From Thermodesulfobacteriota bacterium (GTDB lineage: Bacteria; Desulfobacterota; Desulfobacteria; Desulfobacterales; C00003060), in the NCBI GenBank assembly GCA_034189385.1, contig JAXHVD010000012.1:64001-128000 (forward strand): DNA of 64,000 bases. Reading direction: 5' to 3'. Below the pieces are notes generated by a model that worked only from the letters and a program-made list of their open reading frames with translations, was not told the DNA's origin and made no database searches. A program made the position numbers and the translations under genes. Of this stretch, positions 1 through 10,975 are shown one piece after another; the stretch's first letter is position 1, and each line of letters begins with the position of its first letter.

Positions 1-308
1 CCCACATAGTCCTTAACTTGAACCAACAAATCATGAAAAACATCACCGTAATCCCTGGCATATCTGACTTGCCCTTTTCTTAGGAGCGCCAGAAGGTCCT
101 GAGCATATTCCTTGGAACGGCCATAGAAAACTTGGTGACGCGTAATTCCGTACTCGTTATCCAACTTGAAAAGCTCATTTTGGTGGGAGTCTTTTTCTTC
201 CCGGTCCGATCTCAGAAGCGCCTCTTTGTGATGATTCATTTTTCGTCTCAGCTGAAGAAGTCTGATGACACCCCTCTCCATTTCCGCTTCTCGCGCCCTT
301 TCACCCAT
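1..308 (-). CDS. hypothetical protein, partial (runs off window start)
   Basis: Manual translation from ATG 308 (GGGGG upstream): MGERAREAEMERGVIRLLQLRRKMNHHKEALL...VQVKDYV, with no stop before base 1; not in ORF track. Confidence 0.5.
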   Translation of the reverse strand, partial: MGERAREAEMERGVIRLLQLRRKMNHHKEALLRSDREEKDSHQNELFKLDNEYGITRHQVFYGRSKEYAQDLLALLRKGQVRYARDYGDVFHDLLVQVKDYV

Positions 309-471
309 GAACGTCGCCCCCAATTCTTGTTGGCAGATAAGTAAACCCCTCGCGTCATCAATCACAGCCTTGATGGTTACTTTATCATACTTGGGTCTGT
401 TCAAACCGTCAGACCTCGGCCCCTGACTGACCTCTCATCAAGTCCGGACTACATGTAGCCGCACAGGCAGG

Positions 472-813
472 CTACTCCTTGTCGATTTGTTCCTTCATCA
501 TCTGCAAGAGCTTATCGAAGGCCATTCGATCATAGTCCCTCAGAAGAAGCAGCGCAAGACCGAAACATGGGCGTTCAACCTCCCGAATCGATTCCGCCCC
601 CTTCACTATACTCGCAATGGTGCACATGAAGGTCTTAACAGCCTTAAGTACTTCGTCAGTGAACTTGATCGACGCGATTTCAGCCGCAAACTCTGCACCG
701 GTCCATTGGCGCTCCTTTCTGCACTTTTTCGTGGCTTTCAATTTTTCCTGTGCCAGCAGCTTGTCGGCCCGACGCTTCAACAGGTCGATTGGCTCTTTGT
801 TATTGTCTGTCAT
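472..813 (-). CDS. hypothetical protein (113 aa, helical/charged)
   Basis: ORF with AGGAG-like RBS upstream, co-oriented with neighbours; no recognisable motif. Confidence 0.6.
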   Translation of the reverse strand: MTDNNKEPIDLLKRRADKLLAQEKLKATKKCRKERQWTGAEFAAEIASIKFTDEVLKAVKTFMCTIASIVKGAESIREVERPCFGLALLLLRDYDRMAFDKLLQMMKEQIDKE

Positions 814-953
814 GGTCTCGCTCTCCTGATGACTTCGGTCTCCAATGTCTTCCTGCTATAACCCATGTTCCGTAAAAGGAGCCCAAGACAATCGCCTTTT
901 CACCCAGACTCTCTTGGGATAGGCAGAAAGAGAGACAAAAGGTAAAGTGAGAT

Positions 954-2669
954 CTACTCGCAAACACCGCAGGCCTTGCAGAGATCTGTTTGGCAGGGAG
1001 GGGAAGTCTCTGCACGAAGGGCCTTCTGGTATTCCTCAATCAGATATGCTTTCCGAATCCCGTGGTCGATGAAATCCCATGGAAGGATTTCATCAAAGGG
1101 CCTTTTCCTGTGCACATAGAAATCCGGATTGACGATAGACTCCTTCAGGGTCCGGGCCCAGTTACCATCATTTCTGTGCACACCTTCCAACAATTCTGCT
1201 ACTCGCCGATCCCCGCGAGAAAGCAAGGCTTGAATGTAAGCCCACTTTGGCAGGTCGGCGTGGACTTCCACGTTGGCCACGCGCCTTAATCCGTTTTTCA
1301 CATGCTTGATCTTTACCTTTAAAACCTTCACGTCCTCCATGGGAACCCACTGAAAAGGTGTGAAGGGTTTGGGAACAAAAGAGCTGAGGCTCACGATAAT
1401 CTGGCCAATCCTTGCCTTCTTTCGGCTTATTTTCAAAAACCTGTGTTTGATCTTCTTGCACAGACTCACGATCCCTTCAACATCGGCCATTGTCTCTTCG
1501 GGAAGACCTACCATGAAGTAGAGTTTAAGGTTAGGTATACCAGCGCGCACTATCAGCTCAGTGGCTCTGAGGATATCTTCTTCGTTCACTCCCTTGTTGA
1601 TCATGCGGCGCATCTGCTCTGAGCCCCCATCTGGGGCAATGGTAGCTGTCTTTACTCCAGCTCCTTTAAGACTCTTCAGTAATTCTGGTGTGAGAAGCTC
1701 CGCCCTCAGAGAGCTAAATGAAAGTTGAAGATCAAGATCTGTGGCCCTACTACACAAGTCTTCTAGGCACGGAACATCTGAAACGGCACTAGCCATCAGT
1801 CCAGCTCGTCTTGCACCTGATGCTGCCCGGTCCAGAGAACTCTCTAGCTGGGTTGCTGTCCTGAATCGTGGCGGTCGATATACAAATCCTGCTGCGCAGA
1901 ATCTGCATCCATGTGGACACCCGCGTGCTGCCTCTATTAAATACATATCGTTAAAGGTTGTGTGCGGGGTAAGAATGGCGCTGCAGGCATTACAGGTAGA
2001 CAAGTCCTTGGCCTTCGAAGGCCTAATTTTCACCGAGAAGTTATCCTTTGGTCGGAACGCCGCAATGGTCCCATCTGGCTCATAGTCCACGTCATAGAAA
2101 CCAGGCACATACGTTCCAGAGACTTGTTGGGAAAGGGACTCCAGGAGGATCTCTCTTTGTGAACACTCCCTGTAAACACGAAAAAAATGCGGCAGGATTT
2201 CTTCTGCCTCTCCTATGAGAAAGCAGTCCACAAAAAGAGCTATAGGTTCAGGATTAAGGAGGGTTGTGACCCCCCCTGCGATAATCAGGGGGTGGGGGGT
2301 ACGTCGCTCTGAAGACCGCAGGGGGATACCAGCTCCTGCCAGGACGGTGAGGAGGTTGGCGTAATCATTTTCAAAGGAAATGGAAAAAGCAATGATGTCA
2401 AAATCAGTCAAATACCTTCCGGACTCTACGGATCTGAGATGTCCCCGGCCTTTTCCTTTCTCTTCAGGAAGGAACGCCCGTTCACACACGACATCATCAA
2501 ATCCGTTTATGAGTCTATAAACTGTCTGAAGACCAAGGTTCGACATCCCAAGGTAATAGGTGTTGGGATATGCCACCACCACAGAAATTTTGCCCCGCCA
2601 GTCCTTTCTGATAGTCCCCGTCTCTGCGCCCAGCAATTCTCTGCGGGTTCTTTGTGCCTTGCGTGACAT
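954..2669 (-). CDS. radical SAM protein, B12-binding-like N-terminal domain (YgiQ/TIGR03960-related)
   Basis: CPHGCRFC CxxxCxxC motif; YPNTYYLGMSNLG, FVPKPFTPFQW, LPWDFID and C-terminal CxxxxCxxCGVC. Likely start ATG 2669 (ORF open to 2714). Confidence 0.85.
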   Translation of the reverse strand: MSRKAQRTRRELLGAETGTIRKDWRGKISVVVAYPNTYYLGMSNLGLQTVYRLINGFDDVVCERAFLPEEKGKGRGHLRSVESGRYLTDFDIIAFSISFENDYANLLTVLAGAGIPLRSSERRTPHPLIIAGGVTTLLNPEPIALFVDCFLIGEAEEILPHFFRVYRECSQREILLESLSQQVSGTYVPGFYDVDYEPDGTIAAFRPKDNFSVKIRPSKAKDLSTCNACSAILTPHTTFNDMYLIEAARGCPHGCRFCAAGFVYRPPRFRTATQLESSLDRAASGARRAGLMASAVSDVPCLEDLCSRATDLDLQLSFSSLRAELLTPELLKSLKGAGVKTATIAPDGGSEQMRRMINKGVNEEDILRATELIVRAGIPNLKLYFMVGLPEETMADVEGIVSLCKKIKHRFLKISRKKARIGQIIVSLSSFVPKPFTPFQWVPMEDVKVLKVKIKHVKNGLRRVANVEVHADLPKWAYIQALLSRGDRRVAELLEGVHRNDGNWARTLKESIVNPDFYVHRKRPFDEILPWDFIDHGIRKAYLIEEYQKALRAETSPPCQTDLCKACGVCE

Positions 2670-2993
2670 AGGGATACACCATTTGGGATTTGAAAGCGCT
2701 TCTTCGTCTCCCAACGACGATTCACCGTTACACGGTTATGGCCCGTCCCCATCCATAACCGGCTTGTGCACTAATAGGCACTGGCGCGAGTTCGCAATAC
2801 AGTCCGCCATAAGCGGATTCGCAAGGCAAAGCAAATTCAAGGGATGGACCAGTGCGCCGACACTCTTGGCAGATCGCACAAGTGATGCCTCAGACTTGTC
2901 AGCCCCAGGCTGATTGACCCCAGAGAAATAGGCTTCCCATTCTGCCGGGTAGGCGCTGAGACTGCAGCAGACCTTCTCTGGACGAAAACCGGC

Positions 2994-4163
2994 TCAATCT
3001 GCTTTTCTTCTCATGAAGGTCGGCACTTCCAGGTCATAGCGATCCAGGGCCATCCCGCCGTACCCTATGTGTGGCGTCCGACTTGCTTCACCGATCAATT
3101 TTTCCTCTCGGAGAAACGTCGGTGTGTCTAGATCTTCATGCTTCTTTAAGTCGGCTTCTGAAATGTCGTAGAGCTTCCCTGAAAACGGCGTTTTTTTCCA
3201 GTCCCCTTCAGGCTCAATACCGGTAGCAATGACCGTGACCCTGAGTTCATCACCTACGGAGTCATCCAACACGGCACCCCAAATAATCTCTGCACTGTCT
3301 CCCGCTTCGTTATGGATAAGATCTGATGCCTCTGTCATTTCCGCCATGGTGAGATCCGTCCCGCTGGTAAGGTTCATCAGCACCCCTCGCGCTCCGGCAA
3401 CGGAGATGTCCTCTAACAGCGGATGTGATATGGCCCTTTCAGCTGCCTCCAGTGCCCGGTTTTCTCCGCTGGCGATTCCAGTTCCCATGAGGGCCATACC
3501 TGCCTTGCACATGGTGGTCCTCACGTCAGCGAAGTCAAGGTTCACGAGGCCAGGCATCATGATGAGGTCTGTAATCCCCTTCACAGAGTGAAGGAGCACC
3601 TCGTCTGCCTTCCTAAACATGTTAAGCATGGTGTCGTTTCTAGATGCCAACCCCCGAAGTCTGTCGTTAGGAATGGTGATAACCGTGTCCACCACATCCT
3701 TAAGGGCCTTAAGACCTTCTTCCGCCTGCTTCATCCGCTTCTTGCCTTCAAAACCAAATGGCTTGGTCACCACTGCCACTGTGAGGGCCCCTAACTCCTT
3801 GCTAATTTCTGCAATGACAGGGGAAGCGCCCGTGCCAGTGCCGCCGCCCAACCCGGCAGTAATAAAAACCATGTGGCTGTCCTCCACCACGTTGCGGATT
3901 GCCTCCACGCTCTCCGTGGCAGCCTGACGGCCCACTTCAGGATTTGCCCCGGCACCAAGGCCTTCAGTCAATTTCTCCCCCATCTGGATCTTCACAGGTG
4001 CCTTTGACACCTCAAGAGACTGGACGTCCGTATTGGCGCTGATGAATTTAACCCCCTGGAGTTTTGACTCAATCATGTTGTTAACAGCATTGCCACCGGC
4101 ACCACCTACCCCAATGACTTTGATCTTGGCTGATTTCTCACTTTCGACAAAACTAAACATCAT
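2994..4163 (-). CDS. ftsZ: cell division GTPase FtsZ
   Basis: IKVIGVGGAGGNAVN, GGGTGTG, NLDFAD, C-terminal LEVPTFMRRKAD; GGAGG RBS before ATG 4163. Confidence 0.99.
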   Translation of the reverse strand: MMFSFVESEKSAKIKVIGVGGAGGNAVNNMIESKLQGVKFISANTDVQSLEVSKAPVKIQMGEKLTEGLGAGANPEVGRQAATESVEAIRNVVEDSHMVFITAGLGGGTGTGASPVIAEISKELGALTVAVVTKPFGFEGKKRMKQAEEGLKALKDVVDTVITIPNDRLRGLASRNDTMLNMFRKADEVLLHSVKGITDLIMMPGLVNLDFADVRTTMCKAGMALMGTGIASGENRALEAAERAISHPLLEDISVAGARGVLMNLTSGTDLTMAEMTEASDLIHNEAGDSAEIIWGAVLDDSVGDELRVTVIATGIEPEGDWKKTPFSGKLYDISEADLKKHEDLDTPTFLREEKLIGEASRTPHIGYGGMALDRYDLEVPTFMRRKAD

Positions 4164-4193
4164 TGTCCCCACCTCCTGTGTCTTTTTGTCCCC

Positions 4194-5420
4194 TCAAATG
4201 ATCTCCTTAAACCATTTCTTCATGCGTGCCATGACACGATTAAAGATGTTCTTGTCCCTAATTCTGAACTTCTTCTGTGGTTGTGACCTGGCGCCGTACA
4301 CCACAAGCCCAACGGCAGTTGCGTACATAGGATTATTCACCACATCGACCAACCCTCTGATGCCCATGGGCTTTCCAATCCGTGTGGGAAGGCCGAATAT
4401 GGCCTCTGCAATATCCGAGACACCTTCTAACAGGCAAGATCCCCCGGTCACCACAACCCCTGAGGTGACTATGTCCTCCATCCCCGCCCGATAGATCTCT
4501 CGGTTGATAAGATCGAAGATTTCCTCCACCCTCGGCTCTAAGATCTCAGCTAGAATCTGCCTCGACAGGGTCCTTGGTTTGCGGCCACCAACGCCGGCGA
4601 CTTCAATAGTCTCATCCTTGCTGACATTGTCTGCCAGACAAGTGCCGTACCTTATCTTGATCTTTTCTGCCTCTGCCATGGGGGTTCTCAGTCCTACCGA
4701 CACATCATTGGTTAGATTGTTTCCGCCCACAGCCAGCACTGACGTATGTTTGATGCTCTTGCCCTTGAAGATAGCCAGATCTGTGGTCCCTCCCCCGAAG
4801 TCAATCAATGCCGCACCTAGGTCTTTTTCTTCTTTGTTCAGCACTGCGTCACTAGATGCCAGACTCTGCAACACGATATCGCACACATCAAGACCGGCAC
4901 GATTGGCGCACTTTACTAGGTTGTGGGCTGAGGTGACAGCACCGGTCACGATATGGATCTTCGCCTCCAGCCGAACTCCTGACATGCCCAGGGGGTCCTG
5001 GATGCCACCCTGTTCGTCCACTATGAACTCCTGGGGGAGCACATGAATGACCTCGCGGTCCGGGGGAATGGCTACAGCACGTGCCGCATCAATGACGCGT
5101 TCAATGTCCTTCTGCGTGACCTCACTTCCCTTAACGGCAACGATGCCATGGCTATTAAACCCCTTGATGTGCCCGCCTGCAATACCAGCATAGACTGACG
5201 TGATCTCACAACCTGCCATCAACTCCGCCTCTTCTATGGCTCTTTTTATGGAGTCAACCGTTGATTCGATGTTCACCACAACACCTTTGCGAAGACCCAC
5301 CGAAGGATGGGTGCCAAGTCCTACAATATCGATCCCGTCTGGATTGACTTCACCTACCACTGCACAAATCTTCGTTGTGCCAATATCCAGACCAACGACA
5401 AGACCTTCGTCTCCCTGCAC
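4194..5420 (-). CDS. ftsA: cell division protein FtsA
   Basis: VGLDIGTTKI, DFGGGTTD, AEKIKIRYG; likely GTG start 5420 after GGAGG. Confidence 0.98.
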   Translation of the reverse strand: MQGDEGLVVGLDIGTTKICAVVGEVNPDGIDIVGLGTHPSVGLRKGVVVNIESTVDSIKRAIEEAELMAGCEITSVYAGIAGGHIKGFNSHGIVAVKGSEVTQKDIERVIDAARAVAIPPDREVIHVLPQEFIVDEQGGIQDPLGMSGVRLEAKIHIVTGAVTSAHNLVKCANRAGLDVCDIVLQSLASSDAVLNKEEKDLGAALIDFGGGTTDLAIFKGKSIKHTSVLAVGGNNLTNDVSVGLRTPMAEAEKIKIRYGTCLADNVSKDETIEVAGVGGRKPRTLSRQILAEILEPRVEEIFDLINREIYRAGMEDIVTSGVVVTGGSCLLEGVSDIAEAIFGLPTRIGKPMGIRGLVDVVNNPMYATAVGLVVYGARSQPQKKFRIRDKNIFNRVMARMKKWFKEII

Positions 5421-5422
5421 TT

Positions 5423-6280
5423 TCACACCTCCTTTCGACAGCACATCTTTAAGGCAGACCCACCCTCTGATGGCCTGACCACCACGCGGTCCACATCCTT
5501 CAGATGTATGTAATCAATATTCAAAGCCTTACCATCCTGTTTGAAATGGGACATCAACTCCCCCAACCGGTTGAATTTTGAACTGTAATCCTCAAACCCC
5601 AGGTTTATGGCCACATTGCAGTCAAATGCAAAAAGGGTAAGTCCTGTATCCGTATCTGCCTGAATGCGATGGAGCATATGGACGGGCAAGACGCTTCCGT
5701 GAAGTCGGCTCAGGTGAAGGACTTTCATGACGGCCCCAAATATCTTGGACTCTGTTTGGTTTTCAGGATCAGTGTCTGCAAGTGTTAGTCCCGTCACCAA
5801 CGGCACGTTTATCTGGTCAGAAGTCTGGGCTGGCGCCACAATTTCCCCTGTGTCATCTAGATAGAAGGTTTTGCTTAGCTCAATTTTGGCAATAGGCACC
5901 CGTTCAGTGACTCGAATGTGAATCTTGTCAGGCAACTCTCGCCACACGTCGGCCGTCGTAATCCAAGGATTCGCCATAAGCCGATAGCGAAGCACCTTCA
6001 AGTTTATTTCCAAGATGTTATCGCCTGGTCTCACCTCGGCTTCGTTAAGAATCGCCTCTTTGGAGAGCCTTCGGTTTCCCTCCACAACGATCTCACGGGC
6101 ATTAAAGCATGAACTCTGCATCAGGGCATCATGGCCTAGAATAAAAAGAAGACTCGCCCCCCCCATGGCGGCCAACAAACACAATATCTTCATAGACATG
6201 ATAAAGCGTCTTATGAGCCGTTCTCGTCTGCGCGCCGGGCTGTTTTTATAGTAATTCTTACGAACCTGCTTCCTGGCCAA
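5423..6280 (-). CDS. ftsQ: cell division protein FtsQ/DivIB
   Basis: Single TM, then POTRA-like VEGNRRLS...PWI...RELPDKIHIRVTERVP; lies between murB and ftsA. Confidence 0.92.
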   Translation of the reverse strand: MARKQVRKNYYKNSPARRRERLIRRFIMSMKILCLLAAMGGASLLFILGHDALMQSSCFNAREIVVEGNRRLSKEAILNEAEVRPGDNILEINLKVLRYRLMANPWITTADVWRELPDKIHIRVTERVPIAKIELSKTFYLDDTGEIVAPAQTSDQINVPLVTGLTLADTDPENQTESKIFGAVMKVLHLSRLHGSVLPVHMLHRIQADTDTGLTLFAFDCNVAINLGFEDYSSKFNRLGELMSHFKQDGKALNIDYIHLKDVDRVVVRPSEGGSALKMCCRKEV

Positions 6281-7196
6281 CGATCACAACCTCCAGGTCC
6301 AATTTGACGCCGAACCGCTTAAACACGGCCTTCTTCACATGCTCCACGAGTGCAATAGTATCAGCAGCCTTGGCATGCCCCTTGTTAACAATAAAATTTC
6401 CATGTCTTGTGGAGACCTCCGCCTCCCCTTTCTGCAACCCCTTAAGGCCCGCCTTGTCAATCAGTTCGCCCGCTGACAGCCCCTCGGGAGGATTACGAAA
6501 TACACATCCAGCGCTGGGCAGCGACAAAGGTTGAGTGGCTCTTCGTTTCTTTTGCATCTGGATGGCATCCCTCTGAAGGCCCTCTCGTTCCACACGCTTG
6601 AGTTGAAACGCACCTCGGAGGATGACACTGCCCTGTTCCAAATCCAGTGTCCGGTAGGAAAAGCGAAGCTCCTCCCTCTCCATGGTTGCTATGTCACCGG
6701 CCTTGCTGAGAACGGTAACGGAACTGACGGTATCTGCCATACATGCTCCCCAGGCGCCTGCATTCATCCGTAAGGCGCCTCCGACGGTTCCAGGAATCCC
6801 CAGCCCAAAGTTGAGGCCATCTAGTCCACGATCAAGGGCGTATTTGGCCAGCTGTCGCAGCAAGACACCTGCCCCGGCCTCAATCGTCATATACCCACTA
6901 GGACTTCCCTCAAGGTTCCGCTCAATGCCCCCAAAGCCATTGACAAGGCGCAGGACAAGACCTCGAATGCCTCCCTCACGGACCAACAGGTTGCTGCCGG
7001 CACCCAGAATCATTACGGGATGGCCCCGATCATTGGCCCACCTTGCCAGGTCCTTGATCTGCTGATCGGTTCTCACATACAAAAGGGCGTCGGCTGGCCC
7101 TCCGATGCCAAAGGTCGTATGACGTGACATGGGCTCGTCAAATAGAACTTCCTTGCCGAAGTGGTCTGAGAGCCACTTTTTGTCTTTTTTGTTCAT
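6258..7196 (-). CDS. murB: UDP-N-acetylenolpyruvoylglucosamine reductase
   Basis: HTTFGIGGPAD, GSNLLV, GIPGTVGGALRMNAGA, SAGCVFRNP, HGNFIVN. Confidence 0.98.
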   Translation of the reverse strand: MNKKDKKWLSDHFGKEVLFDEPMSRHTTFGIGGPADALLYVRTDQQIKDLARWANDRGHPVMILGAGSNLLVREGGIRGLVLRLVNGFGGIERNLEGSPSGYMTIEAGAGVLLRQLAKYALDRGLDGLNFGLGIPGTVGGALRMNAGAWGACMADTVSSVTVLSKAGDIATMEREELRFSYRTLDLEQGSVILRGAFQLKRVEREGLQRDAIQMQKKRRATQPLSLPSAGCVFRNPPEGLSAGELIDKAGLKGLQKGEAEVSTRHGNFIVNKGHAKAADTIALVEHVKKAVFKRFGVKLDLEVVIVGQEAGS

Positions 7197-7290
7197 GGTT
7201 AAGTCATCAACTGGCTCATTCGTAAGCGGATCAATTGGCTAAGTGCTGGGTTACCACTTAAGCCGTCAGTCAACTCGTCATGCAACGAAA

Positions 7291-8658
7291 TCATTGCTCA
7301 TCAAGGAACCTTGCGCCCACCTGCCATATATCTCCTGCTCCCAGCGTCAACAGGATGTCCCCCTGCCTCAACACGCCTTTCAAGTGAGACAAGGCAGCGT
7401 CCAATCCATGCTGAAATGACACCTCTTTATGGCCATGGAGGCGAATGCCCTCATATAGGGTCTGGCCCGTAACTCCTTCAATGGGGGATTCGCCTGCAGC
7501 ATAAATGGGGAGCAAAACCAAACTGTCGGCCTGGTAAAAGGCCCGGGTAAAAGCATCAAAAAGGGCTGCTGTGCGCGAGTACCGGTGCGGTTGAAATGCC
7601 ACAACCAGTCGACGATCCGGCCAACTTTGGCGAGCCGCCTGAAGAGTCAGCTTGATCTCTGTGGGGTGATGTCCATAGTCGTCTACGACAGTAATACCCC
7701 GAGCAGAGCCTTTCACCTCCAGCCTCCTCTGAACCCCCTCCATGTGAGCGAGTGCCTTCTGGATTGTCTCGAAGGCGATCCCAAGTTCCAGGCCAACCGC
7801 TATGCTGGCCATGGAGTTATGCACATTGTGCAACCCGGGCAGATTCAGATCTACCACGCCCAAGGACTTTCCATGATGGAAGACACGGTATCGACTTCTC
7901 AGCCCTTCAAAGGTGACGTCTTTTGCCTGATAATCCGCCTGAGATGTCAGGCCATAGGTGATAAACCGCTTCTCGATTTTTGGGATCAGATCCTGAACCC
8001 CTTCATTGTCGAGACACAGAACAGCCATTCCATAAAAGGGCACCTTATTGACAAAATCGAGAAACACTTCTTTGATCCTGTTCAGGTCAGGGTAGAAGTC
8101 CAGGTGTTCGGCATCAATGTTAGTGACCACCGCAATAGTGGGAGAGAGTCTCAAGAAGGACCCATCGCTTTCGTCTGCTTCAGCCACGATGAACTCACCC
8201 TGACCCAAACGGGCATTGCTTCCAAGGCTCTTTAGTTTGCCGCCGATGACCATCGTGGGATCTAGGCCTCCCTGCTCCAGTACAGAGGCAATAATCCATG
8301 TCGTTGTGGTCTTGCCGTGAGCACCTGCTACGGCAATGCCGTACTTGAGGCGCATTAGTTCTGCCAGCATTTCACCCCTGGGGATGACTGGTACCATTGC
8401 CTTTCTAGCCGCCACGACTTCAGGGTTGTCTGATCCCACAGCAGACGAGACAACTACCACATCAGCCCCTTCAATGAACTCTGCACTGTGCCCGGTGAAG
8501 ACCCTGCCGCCGAGTTTCGCCAAACGGATGGTGATATCCGTTGACTTGATATCTGAGCCGCTCACCTTGTAACCCAGATTCAAGAGGAGTTCAGCCATGC
8601 CGCTCATGCCAATGCCGCCGATTCCGACAAAATGGATATGGTATAATTTCTGATACAT
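7291..8658 (-). CDS. murC: UDP-N-acetylmuramate--L-alanine ligase
   Basis: [48 protein letters not shown]. Confidence 0.99.
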   Translation of the reverse strand: MYQKLYHIHFVGIGGIGMSGMAELLLNLGYKVSGSDIKSTDITIRLAKLGGRVFTGHSAEFIEGADVVVVSSAVGSDNPEVVAARKAMVPVIPRGEMLAELMRLKYGIAVAGAHGKTTTTWIIASVLEQGGLDPTMVIGGKLKSLGSNARLGQGEFIVAEADESDGSFLRLSPTIAVVTNIDAEHLDFYPDLNRIKEVFLDFVNKVPFYGMAVLCLDNEGVQDLIPKIEKRFITYGLTSQADYQAKDVTFEGLRSRYRVFHHGKSLGVVDLNLPGLHNVHNSMASIAVGLELGIAFETIQKALAHMEGVQRRLEVKGSARGITVVDDYGHHPTEIKLTLQAARQSWPDRRLVVAFQPHRYSRTAALFDAFTRAFYQADSLVLLPIYAAGESPIEGVTGQTLYEGIRLHGHKEVSFQHGLDAALSHLKGVLRQGDILLTLGAGDIWQVGARFLDEQ

Positions 8659-8667
8659 AGTCTGCGT

Positions 8668-9768
8668 TTAGACGGTTGCTCCCCCATGACTAACCACTTT
8701 GACCACCAGCCTCGTGCACTCATCTGCGATCACCTTCGCAGCGTTGGCACGTCCCAGGACCGAGGCTCGGAGGGACATTTTCTGCAAGGCGTCGCGGTTA
8801 GATTGGTAATGGTGTATTCTCCTAGCCAGAGACTCACCGTCTAAATCCTTTTCGAGCATGACCTCGCCGCCCCCCCGATCTGCCACATAGCGCGCATTTA
8901 GTTCCTGGTGGTTGTTAGCTGCAAACGGGAATGGAATGAAGAGGGCAGGCTTGCCCAAAGCCGCCAGTTCGGCCACCGTTGAAGCCCCGGCTCGGCAAAT
9001 AACCAGATCAGATGCGTGGTAAGCACTTGCCATATCGTCTATAAAGGGCTCAACCGCTGCCTTTATCCCATGCTCTTTGTAAACCCTGGCAACCCATGGG
9101 GCGTCTTTGGTCCCGGTCTGATGGATGAAGCTCATTCGAGAAGGCAAATCCAGATGTTTCAAGGCTTCCGCTAGGGCACAGTTGATGGTGTGAGCACCTT
9201 GGCTGCCACCCACCACAAGAACCGTAAAACTGTCTTTCCGGTCTTCACTGGACGCTGGCCTAAGCACTTGCTGCCGCACTGGATTCCCTGTCAATACTGT
9301 CTTCGAACTGGTGAACATGCCTAGGTCGTCCGGGAAAGAGATGAATATGCGGTGGGCAAATCGCCCCAACACCCGATTGGTGAATCCCGGCAGAAAATTC
9401 TGCTCATGAATAACCATCTTCTTACCCATAAGCCTGGCAGCCAGGGCCACGGGTCCGGAGGCGTATCCCCCGACACCAATGGTAATGTCTGGATTGAACT
9501 TCCAGATCATCTTCACCGCTTGCCCGAAGCCTATTGGCAGTTTAAGCAACCCGTGAGTTTGTCGCCAGATTCCTTGTCCCTTGAGCCCCCCTGCTGAAAT
9601 ACTCACGTGATCGAATCCTTTCCCCAAGAGTATCGATACCTCCAAAGGATTGTCCGTCCCGGCAAATAGAATACTCCCTTCCGGATCGGTCACCATAAAT
9701 GCCTCAGCAAGCGCCACGGCCGGGAAGAAATGCCCGCCAGTGCCGCCCCCCGCAATTAGGACTCTCAT
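8668..9768 (-). CDS. murG: lipid II GlcNAc transferase MurG
   Basis: AGGGTGGH, GGYASGP, HEQN, GGSQGA, RAGASTVAE, HQELNA. Confidence 0.98.
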   Translation of the reverse strand: MRVLIAGGGTGGHFFPAVALAEAFMVTDPEGSILFAGTDNPLEVSILLGKGFDHVSISAGGLKGQGIWRQTHGLLKLPIGFGQAVKMIWKFNPDITIGVGGYASGPVALAARLMGKKMVIHEQNFLPGFTNRVLGRFAHRIFISFPDDLGMFTSSKTVLTGNPVRQQVLRPASSEDRKDSFTVLVVGGSQGAHTINCALAEALKHLDLPSRMSFIHQTGTKDAPWVARVYKEHGIKAAVEPFIDDMASAYHASDLVICRAGASTVAELAALGKPALFIPFPFAANNHQELNARYVADRGGGEVMLEKDLDGESLARRIHHYQSNRDALQKMSLRASVLGRANAAKVIADECTRLVVKVVSHGGATV

Positions 9769-9809
9769 TTTAGTAATGCTTCGCCAAGGGCAGCAAAGAA
9801 ACCGCCTCT

Positions 9810-10949
9810 CTAACCCATGGACTCCTTGCCCCCTTCAGCGTCATGGCGAGCCGAAATGTTCATCAATATCCCGATCATCGCCGCACATATGACGAGGGAT
9901 GTGCCGCCATAGCTCACAAAGGGAAGTGTCAAGCCTGTAGTCGGCAAAAGTCCCAAGGCCACCCATGCATTGACGCATGCCTGAAGACCGAGGGCTGCAG
10001 TCAAGCCTGTAGCCAAAAAAGTGGCGAAGAGATCTCCTGCCTTCATGGCAATGGAAAACCCTCGCCACAAGATAATGAAATATAGGCCCGTTATAAAACA
10101 TACGCCAACTAATCCCAGTTCTTCTCCCGCCACCGAAAAGATGAAGTCCGTGTGGGGCTCTGGAAGATAGAAGAGTTTCTGGTGGCCGTTACCTATGCCT
10201 GCCCCGAAAATCCCCCCTGACCCAAAGGCCATGAGGGAATGGACGAGTTGATAGGCGGCATCACTTTGATGCTGCCACGGGTCCAGAAAGCTGGAGACCC
10301 TTTCCCGGGCATACTCTACGTGTTTGAGCAAATGGTACGCAAGGGGAACCATTCCCATGACAGCCGCAAAGAGATAGGAAAGGCGAACACCACCGACAAA
10401 AAGCATGATCCAGACAACAAGGGTGATCATGGCTGCCATACCCAAATCCGGCTCCATGACGATGAGTGTGGTAAAAAAACCAAGCACAATGGCATGGGGT
10501 GCGAACCCAATGCTGAATGCCTTTATGCGCGCCTGCTTCTTGCTCATGGAGTAGGCCAAGTAAACAATGAGGCCGAGCCGGGCGAACTCTGATGGCTGAA
10601 ATGACATACCGAAGATCTTCAGCCAACGTTTGGCGCCTCCAACAGAATGCCCGACATGAGGCAAATGGAGAGCCAAGAGAGACAGGAAGGCAATAACGAT
10701 GATCGGATATGCCAAGGTCCTATAGAGGGAATAGGGTATATGTCTGCAACATATGAGTACCAGGATCGCGACAAGGGCGTTGACAACCTGCCGGTTGAAA
10801 AAGTAGGTATCACTGCCAAAGCGCTTCATGGCCACCATGGAGCTAGCACTGTAGACCAGGACCAGCCCAATACCCAGCAGGAACAGCAAGCTCAACAGCA
10901 GGTAAGGGTCATAGCTACTGCATTTCTTTGCGTGCCCGTCCGTTGTCAT
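9810..10949 (-). CDS. ftsW: SEDS peptidoglycan polymerase FtsW
   Basis: Multi-TM; GAKRW, FQPSE, EPDLG, YLPEPHTDFIF, LPFVSYGG; dcw position. Confidence 0.97.
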   Translation of the reverse strand: MTTDGHAKKCSSYDPYLLLSLLFLLGIGLVLVYSASSMVAMKRFGSDTYFFNRQVVNALVAILVLICCRHIPYSLYRTLAYPIIVIAFLSLLALHLPHVGHSVGGAKRWLKIFGMSFQPSEFARLGLIVYLAYSMSKKQARIKAFSIGFAPHAIVLGFFTTLIVMEPDLGMAAMITLVVWIMLFVGGVRLSYLFAAVMGMVPLAYHLLKHVEYARERVSSFLDPWQHQSDAAYQLVHSLMAFGSGGIFGAGIGNGHQKLFYLPEPHTDFIFSVAGEELGLVGVCFITGLYFIILWRGFSIAMKAGDLFATFLATGLTAALGLQACVNAWVALGLLPTTGLTLPFVSYGGTSLVICAAMIGILMNISARHDAEGGKESMG

Positions 10950-10975
10950 TTTCTAATACTTACATCTCCCCTCGT

